Source: a virus
Reading direction: 5' to 3' (one strand)
Virus genome (UHGV): UHGV-1344012
DNA length: 19,383 nucleotides
A program made the translations under genes and the position numbers. The notes under the pieces are model-generated. The model saw only the letters and a program-made list of their open reading frames with translations. It did not search any database and was not told where the DNA came from. Positions 7,962 to 15,638 of this stretch are shown one piece after another. Within the stretch, counting starts at the first letter, position 1; the number at the start of each line of letters is the position of its first letter.

Positions 7962-8588
7962 TTAGAGTTCGTACTGAACGCCTTTAACAACGCCAATAAT
8001 GAGGCAGTTACCATTGATCGGGATGTTGGGGTAGCGAGGATTTAGTGGCACTAAAAATTTTTGTGGGCCATCAATGACAAGTTTTTTAACAGTCGCTTCA
8101 TTAGTGCCATCAAGACGCGCAACCACAATCTTGCCATGAAGGGGTTCGGCATCTGGATCAACAATAACGGTTGCCCCTTCAGGGATTGTTGGGAGGCCAT
8201 TTGGATTGGTCATTGAATCCCCTTTGACCTCTAAAGCGAACGAGTTATCCCCAATGCGAAGTGATGTTTCAACCCATTTATCGACATCACTGAACAAATC
8301 AGCGGCTTTACATTCCGTGAACTGCCCAGCTTGAACCCATGAAATCACCGGGACACGCCTCATTTTAGTTATGAGGGTGCCTTCAAATTCAGTGCCGTAA
8401 AGAATGTAATCTATTGATGTGTTAAAGAATTTCGCCAGCTTAACCAGCGATTCACCGTTTGGGATATTCACATCCTTTTCCCAATAACCCACCGCTACGT
8501 CACTAACCCCGCAGAACTTACCCAGTTCTTTTTGAGAGGTTCTTGTAACCCTACGTAGGGCTTTAATGCGCTGACCAACCGTTTCCAT
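7962..8588 (-). CDS. cI: CI-type prophage repressor (P22 C2-like; N-terminal HTH, C-terminal S24 LexA-like peptidase)
   Basis: 208-aa ORF with an N-terminal HTH (…QKELGKFCGVSDVAVGYWEK…) and C-terminal S24 catalytic dyad context (…EVKGDSMTNP… Ser; …EATVKKLV… Lys). Divergent from cro across an operator-rich intergenic region. Confidence 0.9.
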   Translation of the reverse strand: METVGQRIKALRRVTRTSQKELGKFCGVSDVAVGYWEKDVNIPNGESLVKLAKFFNTSIDYILYGTEFEGTLITKMRRVPVISWVQAGQFTECKAADLFSDVDKWVETSLRIGDNSFALEVKGDSMTNPNGLPTIPEGATVIVDPDAEPLHGKIVVARLDGTNEATVKKLVIDGPQKFLVPLNPRYPNIPINGNCLIIGVVKGVQYEL

Positions 8589-8610
8589 GAAAGCACCAAG
8601 TTTAAAAAAG

Positions 8611-8681
8611 ACTAAGTAATCTTAGTTTTTATTGACCAAAGTTAGATTGGTTATTAATATCTAACCAAACTTAGCTAAGGA
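8611..8681 (+). promoter_or_regulatory. OR operator cluster with candidate pR promoter and cro RBS
   Basis: Perfect palindrome ACTAAGTAATCTTAGT (8611-8626); -35 TTGACC (8632-8637), 17-bp spacer, -10 TAATAT (8655-8660); inverted repeat GTTAGAT…ATCTAAC (8641-8665); palindrome CTTAGCTAAG (8670-8679); AGGAGG RBS before cro. Confidence 0.55.
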
Positions 8682-8687
8682 GGCTTC

Positions 8688-8879
8688 ATGACAACCGACG
8701 AGATTGAACAACATTTCGGCAGCACTGAAAAAGTTGCCGAATTTTTTGGCATCACCAGTGAGGCCGTTTACCAGTGGCGTAACCGCCCCGCTGCTGAAGC
8801 TGCGTATCGAACTGCTGGTGAACTGGAATTTAACCCAGAACGTTATGGCAAGAATACATCGCCAAGCGATCAGAAATAA
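8688..8879 (+). CDS. cro: Cro-like repressor (P22 Cro family)
   Basis: 63-aa ORF immediately right of OR with AGGAGG RBS. Sequence (…IEQHFGSTEKVAEFFGITSEAVYQW…) resembles P22 Cro as recalled. Confidence 0.8.
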   Translation: MTTDEIEQHFGSTEKVAEFFGITSEAVYQWRNRPAAEAAYRTAGELEFNPERYGKNTSPSDQK

Positions 8880-8901
8880 CCACAGAAGGGAGGACCTAGC
8901 C

Positions 8902-9450
8902 GTGGGTATAGAACCTGAATGGAAAGTAGATAAGCAGCCAGCCTGGCTGGTGGCCGCAATCAAAAAAACGATCACCGAGCTGCCTGGCGGATATTCAGAA
9001 GCTGCTGAGTGGTTGGGTGTGACCGAGAACGCGCTGTTTAACCGGCTGCGTACCGATGGCGATCAGATCTTCCCGCTCGGTTGGGCGATGGTGCTTCAAC
9101 GTGCTGGTGGTTCAAACCACATAGCGAACGCTATTGCACGTCACTCGAACGGTGTTTTCGTGCCATTGGCTGACGTTGAAGAAATAGAGAACGGTGACAT
9201 CAACCAGCGTCTTATGGAGTCAGTGGAGTGGATCGGCAGGCATTCGCAATACGTTCGCAAAGCTACCGCTGACGGCGTTATTGATGCTCAGGAACGCGCC
9301 CAGATTGAAGAGAACAGCTATCAGGTGATGGCTAAGTGGCAGGAACATTTGACGCTGCTTTTCCGTGTGTTTTGTGCGCCGGAAAAAGGTGACGCCCGCG
9401 AGTGTGCAGCTCCGGGCGTCGTGGCAGACAAATCTTGTATGGAGAAGTAA
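8902..9450 (+). CDS. CII-like regulatory protein (Phage_CP76-like, tentative)
   Basis: 182-aa ORF starting at GTG 8902-8904, 8 nt after a GGGAGG RBS and just after the cro stop. The track's ATG at 8704 would overlap cro in another frame. CII-like assignment rests on position and recalled family resemblance. Confidence 0.5.
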   Translation: MGIEPEWKVDKQPAWLVAAIKKTITELPGGYSEAAEWLGVTENALFNRLRTDGDQIFPLGWAMVLQRAGGSNHIANAIARHSNGVFVPLADVEEIENGDINQRLMESVEWIGRHSQYVRKATADGVIDAQERAQIEENSYQVMAKWQEHLTLLFRVFCAPEKGDARECAAPGVVADKSCMEK

Positions 9451-9622
9451 TCCGCATGACCAGTTTAACGGCTTTTAACCGTTTGCCGCAACTCAGGATG
9501 ATCCCGGTACCGGGCGCTCCGTTGTTTCGGTATGAACGCAGAATAGCAAACCGCTGGGTGCCATGTAACCACAGTCGGGCGGTCGCAATTGTGGGGGTTT
9601 ACTACAGGAAGGCGAAACGCTT

Positions 9623-9802
9623 ATGCGCGAAGTTAACCGAAGGTTCAAAGACCACAGAGGGATCCCCGTTCGGGTTATCAGGTGGGAGCCAGAGACTCAA
9701 CGAGTTATCTACCTGCGGGATGGATATGACCACGAATGTTTCAGCCCGCTCGAACAATTCAAGCGCAAGTTTACAGAGTTAAAGGACGACCATGAGCACT
9801 AA
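9623..9802 (+). CDS. Small hypothetical protein (59 aa), translationally coupled to the replication gene
   Basis: Hand translation: MREVNRRFKDHRGIPVRVIRWEPETQRVIYLRDGYDHECFSPLEQFKRKFTELKDDHEH. Its TAA overlaps the ATG of the O-like gene (ATGAGCACTAA). It competes with a track ORF (9402-9782) in another frame, so this is uncertain. Confidence 0.35.
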   Translation: MREVNRRFKDHRGIPVRVIRWEPETQRVIYLRDGYDHECFSPLEQFKRKFTELKDDHEH

Positions 9803-10646
9803 ATTAACGGGTTACGTTTGGGATGCTTGTGCCGCTTCTGGCATGAAGCTATCCAGCGTTGCCATCATGGCGCGTCTGGCAGACTTCAGCAGTGATGAAG
9901 GGGTTAGCTGGCCTTCCATCGCTACCATCGCGCGCCAGATTGGTGCTGGTGAGAGCACGGTTCGTACAGCCATATCTCAGCTGGAAAAAGATGGTTGGTT
10001 AACCCGCCAGCAGCGCCGTAAAGGCAACCGAAATGCATCGAACGTTTACCAGCTCAATGTTGCTAAATTGCAGGCTGCTGCCTTTTCTCACCTGTCAGAT
10101 TCTGACGCATCAAAATCTGATGCCTCAAAAACCGACGCGTCAAAATCTGAGGCATCAAAAAACGATGAAAAAGGCGGTTTTCACCCGTCAGAATCTGGGG
10201 GGGATCCGTCAGTAAATACAACTACTGATCCATCAGTTAAAAAACCTTCTTGTCCGGTTGCGCCGCAACCAGACCCTGAAGTGATGATCACCGATAACGC
10301 CATCCTGGTTCTGAATCATCTGAACCTGGTTAGTGGCTCACGATACCAAAAATCAAAAACTTCTCTGGAAAACATCCGTGCTCGTCTGCGTGAAGGTTAC
10401 ACCGTTAGCGACTTACAGCTGGTGATCGACCTTAAGCATGAGCACTGGAACGGCAATGACGTGCAGTACCAGTACATGCGTCCTGAAACGCTCTTCGGTC
10501 CGAAAAAATTTGAAGGTTATCTGCAAAGCGGGATCCGCTGGGACAAGAAGGGGCGGCCACCGCGTGACAGCTGGGGTGAAAAGAAACATGACCCGATGAA
10601 GTTCGGTCCGGTTGATAGCAAGATTCCAGAGGGGTTCAGAGGATGA
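9792..10646 (+). CDS. Replication initiation protein (O-like; N-terminal winged-HTH, low-complexity linker, conserved phage C-terminal domain)
   Basis: 284-aa ORF with an N-terminal HTH-like region and a conserved C-terminus (…LNHLNLVSGSRYQKSKTSLENIRARLREGYT…). The central DASKS-type repeats are encoded by tandem 15-bp DNA repeats that look like origin iterons, as in lambda O. Confidence 0.65.
   Translation: MSTKLTGYVWDACAASGMKLSSVAIMARLADFSSDEGVSWPSIATIARQIGAGESTVRTAISQLEKDGWLTRQQRRKGNRNASNVYQLNVAKLQAAAFSHLSDSDASKSDASKTDASKSEASKNDEKGGFHPSESGGDPSVNTTTDPSVKKPSCPVAPQPDPEVMITDNAILVLNHLNLVSGSRYQKSKTSLENIRARLREGYTVSDLQLVIDLKHEHWNGNDVQYQYMRPETLFGPKKFEGYLQSGIRWDKKGRPPRDSWGEKKHDPMKFGPVDSKIPEGFRG
10101..10160. 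repeat. Four tandem 15-bp direct repeats (candidate origin iterons) inside the O-like gene
   Basis: tctgacgcatcaaaa / tctgatgcctcaaaa / accgacgcgtcaaaa / tctgaggcatcaaaa, each with a short internal dyad (e.g. GACGCGTC), followed by an A-rich stretch (aaaaacgatgaaaaagg). Confidence 0.6.
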
Positions 10647-11196
10647 TGGAAAATAAATACTGCCGTGCACTGGCTGAACTCCGTTCAAAACCAGCACACG
10701 AGTTGAAAGAGGTCGGTGATCAATGGCGCACTCCGGATCTGTTGTTTTGGGGGATCAATGCGATGTTCGGCCCTCTGGTGTTGGACCTTTTTGCCGACGA
10801 CAGCAACGCGAAGTGCCCAGCATGGTACACGGCTGAAGATAATGCCCTGACGCAGGATTGGTCAGAGCGGCTGGCAGAACTCGGTGGTGCCGGGTTTGGC
10901 AACCCGCCTTACAGCCGCTCTCAGTACCACGACAAGCAGGCCGTTACCGGAATGACCCACATCATTAACCACGCTATGGCCATGCGAGAAAAGGGTGGTC
11001 GGTACGTTTTTCTCATTAAGTCTGCGACGAGTGAAACGTGGTGGCCGGTAGAGGCAGATCACGTCACATTCATCCGTGGCCGAATTGGTTTCGATCTTCC
11101 TACATGGTTCGTGCCGAAAGACGAAAAGCAGCAGCCCACCAGCGCATTTTTTGCTGGCGCTATCGTGGTCTTCGACAAAACATGGTGGGGTGAGCG
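10643..11196 (+). CDS. Phage Dam-type DNA N6-adenine methyltransferase (3' end lost in an N run)
   Basis: Motifs typical of the phage N6-adenine methyltransferase family: …QWRTPDLLF…, …NAKCPAWYTAED…, and catalytic NPPY (…GFGNPPYSRS…). ATG overlaps the O-like stop. A 46-nt N run (11197-11242) truncates the visible ORF, so the true end is unknown. Confidence 0.8.
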
Positions 11197-11253
11197 NNNN
11201 NNNNNNNNNNNNNNNNNNNNNNNNNNNNNNNNNNNNNNNNNNCCCAATTTGCC

Positions 11254-11961
11254 GTGGGAAGAACGCAAACTGATGCGGCGCCGGAGCTGGACGCTGAGGT
11301 AGTGCCGGAGAAATCAGAGGCAGAACTGCCATTAACCCAAAAAGCCATTCTGGAAACCAGCGGTGTAGAGGCTTGGGCCTGTGTTGTCGCGGCGGTCGGC
11401 AAGAAAGACGAGTACACCTTCAGCGCGTCAAAGTTTGGTCATACCTGGGCTGCCGACTCTCTGGAAAACCCTGAATTTACCAATGTTTCACCGCTGACGA
11501 TCGACAGAGCGAAAAAGCTGATCAGCGAGAGCATCCTGGTGGGTGTTAATGCATGGCTGGAAACATTGCCCTTTGATAGCGATGACGTGAAACAAGACAT
11601 GTCAGAGCGGTTACGCACGGTTGCCGTTGAGTCTGCGAAAGAATACGGCATTAACCACAGTGAATTCATCGCGACCATGGAAAGCCTGGATAAAGCCAAA
11701 TGGTCAAATATTCGGGGGATCCGCGCCCATGTCCGTGAGACGCAGGAATCAAAGGACAAGGCGTTAAACGAATCGCGCGTTTGGCCTCTTGAGGTTGGAC
11801 TGGTGTTTAACCAGATTGAAGGGGCTGACGCTCTACCTGTTTCGCAGCAGAACAAGCTGAAAGCCAACATCAATCAACTCTGGCTGGAACGAACGGCCAC
11901 CAGCGAAATCATTACTGCCGCTTCTGAACTTGTTCGCAATATGCGGGGAGAGGCCGCGTGA
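11254..11961 (+). CDS. Hypothetical protein (true start unresolved because of the upstream N run)
   Basis: 235-aa ORF from the first in-frame GTG after the gap; the real start may lie within the gap. Its stop overlaps the rusA start. No motif recognised. Confidence 0.5.
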   Translation: MGRTQTDAAPELDAEVVPEKSEAELPLTQKAILETSGVEAWACVVAAVGKKDEYTFSASKFGHTWAADSLENPEFTNVSPLTIDRAKKLISESILVGVNAWLETLPFDSDDVKQDMSERLRTVAVESAKEYGINHSEFIATMESLDKAKWSNIRGIRAHVRETQESKDKALNESRVWPLEVGLVFNQIEGADALPVSQQNKLKANINQLWLERTATSEIITAASELVRNMRGEAA

Positions 11962-12344
11962 AACTGATCCTGCCTTTTCCTCCGAGCGTGAACACTTACT
12001 GGCGCGCCCCTAATAAGGGGCCGCTGGCCGGTCGTCACCTCATTAGCGCTGATGGTCGTAAATACCAGAGCGCTGCCTGCGTGGCGATCATTGAGCAATT
12101 ACGACGTCTCCCGAAGCCATCGACTGAACTGGCAGCGGTTGAAATCACTCTGTACCCGCCGGATGCGCGCCGCCGGGATATCGATAATTACAACAAAGCC
12201 CTGTTTGACGCGCTGACGCATGCGGGTGTCTGGGAAGACGACAGCCAGATTAAGCGCATGCTGGTGGAATGGGGACCCGTAGTGCCGAAAGGTCGGGTAG
12301 AGATAACGATCAGCAGATATGAACCGGCGGGTGCAGCCGCCTGA
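11958..12344 (+). CDS. rusA: RusA-family Holliday junction resolvase
   Basis: 128-aa ORF with RusA-like conserved residues (…RRRDIDNYNKALFDALTHAGVWEDDSQI…) and typical lambdoid nin-region position. Confidence 0.85.
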   Translation: MKLILPFPPSVNTYWRAPNKGPLAGRHLISADGRKYQSAACVAIIEQLRRLPKPSTELAAVEITLYPPDARRRDIDNYNKALFDALTHAGVWEDDSQIKRMLVEWGPVVPKGRVEITISRYEPAGAAA

Positions 12345-12357
12345 TATGGAGAAAAGT

Positions 12358-13041
12358 ATGAGCCAATTAGCAACAACAGCATTAACCATGTCCAGCAGCG
12401 ATATTGCTGAGCTGGTGGAATCACGACATGACCATGTTAAACGGTCCATTGAACGCCTGGCAGAGCGCGGTGTTATTGAACTCCCCCCAATGGGGGAAGT
12501 TAAAAATCACCTCAATCAGTCGGTATCGGTTTATCTGATAGGGAAGCGGGACAGTTATATCGTTGTCGCGCAGCTGTCGCCGGAGTTTACCGCGCGTCTG
12601 GTTGATCGCTGGCAGGAGCTTGAGCAGGCACAGCAGCAGACGATTCCTCAATCATTCTCTGAAGCCCTACGTCTTGCAGCTGACCTTGCAGAACAAAAAC
12701 AACAGTTGACTAACGAACTGGCTGCCGCTGCGCCGAAGGTAGCGTTTGTTGATCGGTACTGTACAGCCAGTGGGTCAATGTCATTCCGCCAGGTGGCAAA
12801 ACTGCTTAAGGCCAAAGAGCCAGATCTGCGGTTATTCCTCCTTGAGAACGACATCATGTATCGCCTTGGCGGAACGATGACCCCACGGCATCAGCATATT
12901 GATGCGGGCCGTTTTGAAATGAAAACCGGCACATCCGTAACCTCAAATCATGCATTCAGCCAGGCACGTTTCACGGCGAAAGGCGTGCGCTGGATTGGTG
13001 GACTGTGGGCAGAACACATTGCCAGGGGGCAGGTCGCGTGA
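12358..13041 (+). CDS. Antirepressor-like protein (Rha-like N-terminus, KilA-C/ANT-like C-terminus)
   Basis: Start placed at ATG 12358 (MSQLATT…) with GGAG RBS just after the rusA stop. N-terminal region resembles phage Rha regulatory proteins and the C-terminal region (…AFVDRYCTASGSMSFRQVAKLL…) resembles KilA-C/ANT domains, as recalled. Confidence 0.6.
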   Translation: MSQLATTALTMSSSDIAELVESRHDHVKRSIERLAERGVIELPPMGEVKNHLNQSVSVYLIGKRDSYIVVAQLSPEFTARLVDRWQELEQAQQQTIPQSFSEALRLAADLAEQKQQLTNELAAAAPKVAFVDRYCTASGSMSFRQVAKLLKAKEPDLRLFLLENDIMYRLGGTMTPRHQHIDAGRFEMKTGTSVTSNHAFSQARFTAKGVRWIGGLWAEHIARGQVA

Positions 13042-14033
13042 GAGCTCTGCTTACCCCCGAGATCGCCCATCGTATGGGGATTGTGCTGTTCCGTCCCGGT
13101 ACGGAACTGATGCACCTCTTCATGCGTGGTCGCGTTCTGCTCGAGCCTGAACCAGAAGAAATGGCGTCATTCAGTACCGGGGCTGTTCCGGCAGCCATTC
13201 AGCCGCTAGCTGATGATCCGGTAATGCGTCAGGTCTTCGAGAATGAGAGGGTTATTCAGCGTGCCGGTGGGCTTCCTTCCCTTGAGCAATGGTTGAGTAA
13301 TCGGTTTGAATGCCAGTGGCCACATTCAACGTGGCACGACAAGAACTTCACAACAATGCGGCACCCACCAGGAAGTATTCGCCTGTGCTGGCATTGCGAT
13401 CACACTTTGTCGGGGCAGCATACCGAACAGCTTGCAGGTATAGCGGCCGGAAACCTGGTATCCTGGATTCTGGAAGTCATTCGGCGTGATTCTGGTTTTC
13501 CCGAGTCGCATATCCTGACGCTTCCTGAACTGTGCTGGTGGATGGTCAGAAACGACCTGGCTGATGTTATTCCGGAAAGCGTTGCGCACAAAGGGTTGCG
13601 CCTTCCGGATGAGAAGATCCGTTCTGTCATGAGGGAAAGCGACATAGTGCCTTCCTCGTCAGCAACCAGACTCGTGCAGGAGAAGGCGAAGAAGATCCTC
13701 ACGCTCTCTGTTGATCCGGAGTCGCCAGAGTCTTTTATGCTCAGGCCAAAACGTCGCCGCTGGATAAATGAGACGTACACCCGCTGGGTTAAAACACAAC
13801 CCTGTGAGTGTTGCCGACGGCCAGCAGATGATCCGCACCATATCGTAGGGCACGGTATGGGTGGTACAGCAACAAAAGCCCATGACCTCTTCGTGATCCC
13901 TCTGTGCAGAGAGTGCCACGACGAGTTACACGCCGATGTACCAGCATTCGAGCAGAAGCATGGTACGCAGCTTGAGCTGCTACTGCGTTTTATTGATCGA
14001 GCACTGGCGATCGGCGTAATTGCGACAGCTTAA
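13038..14033 (+). CDS. DUF968 family protein (YdfU-like), Cys/His-rich C-terminus
   Basis: 331-aa ORF starting at GTG 13038 (GTGA overlap with the upstream stop; AGGGGG RBS). C-terminal Cys/His cluster (…CECCRRPADDPHHIVGHG…CRECHDELH…) and position just upstream of Q match YdfU-like proteins as recalled. Confidence 0.6.
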   Translation: MRALLTPEIAHRMGIVLFRPGTELMHLFMRGRVLLEPEPEEMASFSTGAVPAAIQPLADDPVMRQVFENERVIQRAGGLPSLEQWLSNRFECQWPHSTWHDKNFTTMRHPPGSIRLCWHCDHTLSGQHTEQLAGIAAGNLVSWILEVIRRDSGFPESHILTLPELCWWMVRNDLADVIPESVAHKGLRLPDEKIRSVMRESDIVPSSSATRLVQEKAKKILTLSVDPESPESFMLRPKRRRWINETYTRWVKTQPCECCRRPADDPHHIVGHGMGGTATKAHDLFVIPLCRECHDELHADVPAFEQKHGTQLELLLRFIDRALAIGVIATA

Positions 14034-14049
14034 GAAGTATGGAGACCGT

Positions 14050-14880
14050 ATGAATCTGGACAATGTTTTAAAGTTTTTTGCGCCTAAAGGCATGCACATC
14101 TCAGATACCAGCAGAGCGACAGCAAGTGAGCAACTTACTGTGACTGATGTAATGGCTGCACTGGGGATGACTCAGGCTGATGCAGGCATCGGGCTGGCAA
14201 TGTTTCTAGGTAAAGCTGGTATCAGCAGCAAGGACAGGGAGATGTCAATTGCCTGGCTAACGGAGTACGCGAAAGAGCATGCGCCCATGGCTATTCGTAA
14301 AGCATCAGGGAAAAAGTTTCCCCTCTGCATGCGTATCCTTGCCCGGTTTGCCTATAACGATTATTCCTCATCAGCAGCTGATTGTGTGGCATGCCCAAAA
14401 TGTAGTGGTAAAGGGTTGCTTACAACCACTAAAACCGTGACTAAAAGCCATTACACAATGCGATTGCCACAATGGGCAAAAGACCTGAGACAGTCACCAT
14501 CTGACTTTGAGGTAAAGCGAGAAGTAACTGACTCCGAGCAAAGTTTATGTTCGCGATGCCATGGTACCGGAAAGTTAAGTAAGCGATGCCAGTGTGGCGG
14601 AACTGGCAAGACGGTTGACCGTAAAGCGACAGAACTGCAGGGCGTACCAGTTTACAAAGAATGTAAGCGCTGCGAAGGGCGGGGATACAGCAGGCCAAAA
14701 TCATCGGTTGCCTATCGAGGTGTTTTTTCTGAGTTGCCGAGTCTGCCTGACCGAACGTGGCGTTATAGCTGGAAACCATTCTATGAAAGCCTGGTGACCA
14801 AATGTTTCCAGGAGGAGAGTTATTCAAGCTCTCAACTGAATCGGGTGACTAAAAGTGAAGATGTGATAAATATCGCGTAA
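14050..14880 (+). CDS. Late-gene antiterminator Q-like protein (phage 82 Q / QuuQ-type, Zn-finger-like), copy 1
   Basis: Start set at ATG 14050 (MNLDNVLKFF…) with GGAG RBS, by alignment to the paralog at 17269. Cys-rich motifs (CPKCSGKG; CSRCHGTGK…CQCGGTGK; CKRCEGRG). Followed immediately by a consensus-like promoter and intrinsic terminator, the classic Q-pR'-tR' arrangement. Confidence 0.7.
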   Translation: MNLDNVLKFFAPKGMHISDTSRATASEQLTVTDVMAALGMTQADAGIGLAMFLGKAGISSKDREMSIAWLTEYAKEHAPMAIRKASGKKFPLCMRILARFAYNDYSSSAADCVACPKCSGKGLLTTTKTVTKSHYTMRLPQWAKDLRQSPSDFEVKREVTDSEQSLCSRCHGTGKLSKRCQCGGTGKTVDRKATELQGVPVYKECKRCEGRGYSRPKSSVAYRGVFSELPSLPDRTWRYSWKPFYESLVTKCFQEESYSSSQLNRVTKSEDVINIA

Positions 14881-14923
14881 TTTAGCGTCATGATGTTTGC
14901 AATGTTGCCGTATTTGTGTATAT

Positions 14924-14951
14924 TTGACATCAATGATGGGCTTTGTATAAC
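14924..14951 (+). promoter_or_regulatory. Candidate late promoter pR' (Q utilisation region)
   Basis: -35 TTGACA (14924-14929), 16-bp spacer, -10 TATAAC (14946-14951), located 44 nt after the Q1 stop. The predicted start site falls in the N run at 14958-14974. Confidence 0.5.
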
Positions 14952-14979
14952 TATCGANNNNNNNNNNNNNNNNNGATAA

Positions 14980-15002
14980 CCTCACCTCGGTGGGGTTTTT
15001 TT
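14980..15002 (+). terminator. Intrinsic terminator (tR'-like) downstream of pR'
   Basis: Hairpin CCTCAC-CTCG-GTGGGG (one G-U pair) followed by seven T (14996-15002). Confidence 0.6.
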
Positions 15003-15013
15003 ATGGTGATAGT

Positions 15014-15550
15014 ATGGAACTGACTAAAGAAAATGTTGCATTAATTGCTGCTTTGGGGATTTTTGTGGGTACATTGATAACTTCTCTTACAAGTTACCTC
15101 CAGAACAGTAGTAGGCAGTCGCATGAGTGGCGCTCAGAAAGAAATAGAAGGAAAATTGAAAAGGGTGAACAGCTTTATGAGGCATTAATACTTTATAAAA
15201 AATTGCTTTTTGCCAATCATATGAGCTGGATAAATTGTATTGATGGGTGTTTTAAATCTGAGGACATTGGCGATAAATCAGACGAAATTCTCAGTAAAAA
15301 CCCTGAGTATAAAGGAGTTGGTGATAGAATTATTTTAATCTCTGGTGTTTATTTTCCTGAGATTAGCGTTATGTTTGATGAATCTAGAAAATTGCTGAAA
15401 CCAGCCAATTCTGTTTTCTTCAAAATACAGTCAGGTGAAGTTGACGATAAGAAGTTGGCGAAGAATATAATTCTAAACGCTGGTCATAATTTTGATAAGG
15501 AGGCTAATAAAATGTTGGACTGTTTATCGAAAGAGATTAGATCGTTGTAA
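15014..15550 (+). CDS. AT-rich cargo (moron) gene: membrane-anchored protein of unknown function
   Basis: 178-aa ORF from ATG 15014 (MELTKENV…) with one N-terminal hydrophobic helix (ALIAALGIFVGTLITSLTSYL) and a Lys/Glu-rich soluble domain. Visibly much more AT-rich than the flanking phage genes; bracketed by two intrinsic terminators. The track's GTG start at 14990 lies inside the terminator hairpin. Confidence 0.6.
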   Translation: MELTKENVALIAALGIFVGTLITSLTSYLQNSSRQSHEWRSERNRRKIEKGEQLYEALILYKKLLFANHMSWINCIDGCFKSEDIGDKSDEILSKNPEYKGVGDRIILISGVYFPEISVMFDESRKLLKPANSVFFKIQSGEVDDKKLAKNIILNAGHNFDKEANKMLDCLSKEIRSL

Positions 15551-15568
15551 CAACTCAAAATTAACGAA

Positions 15569-15592
15569 GGTCACCAGATGGTGGCCTTTTTT
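15569..15592 (+). terminator. Intrinsic terminator after the cargo gene
   Basis: Hairpin GGTCACC-AGAT-GGTGGCC (one G-U pair) followed by TTTTTT (15587-15592), then TATT. Confidence 0.6.
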
Positions 15593-15638
15593 ATTCCCCT
15601 CGTTCTGAGAGGACTCACAGCAATAAAGAGGGGGCTAA

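Noticed and set aside
8704-8901. ATG 8704 as the start of the CII-like gene
   Set aside because: It would overlap nearly all of cro in another frame. GTG at 8902 with a GGGAGG RBS directly after the cro stop is the far more plausible start.
8661-8975. Minus-strand 104-aa ORF antisense to cro
   Set aside because: It overlaps the operator/promoter region and cro on the opposite strand, with a hydrophobic low-complexity translation and no RBS.
10101-10160. The 15-bp tandem repeats as a CRISPR array or minisatellite
   Set aside because: The repeats are contiguous with no spacers, lie inside an intact reading frame and encode a repeated peptide linker. Origin iterons explain them better; no CRISPR-like array is present in the window.
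10862-11417. ORFs on both strands containing runs of X (10862-11332, 11059-11268, 11076-11273, 11160-11417)
   Set aside because: They exist only because translation runs through the 46-nt N run; they are artefacts of the gap, antisense to or out of frame with the methyltransferase.
12099-12857. Minus-strand ORFs (12099-12449, 12188-12424, 12421-12651, 12648-12857) opposite rusA and the antirepressor
   Set aside because: They are antisense to genes with recognisable family features and have low-complexity translations; judged spurious.
14990-15013. GTG 14990 as the start of the cargo gene (track start)
   Set aside because: The GTG lies inside the stem of the tR'-like terminator hairpin and has no RBS; the in-frame ATG at 15014 after the terminator is more credible.
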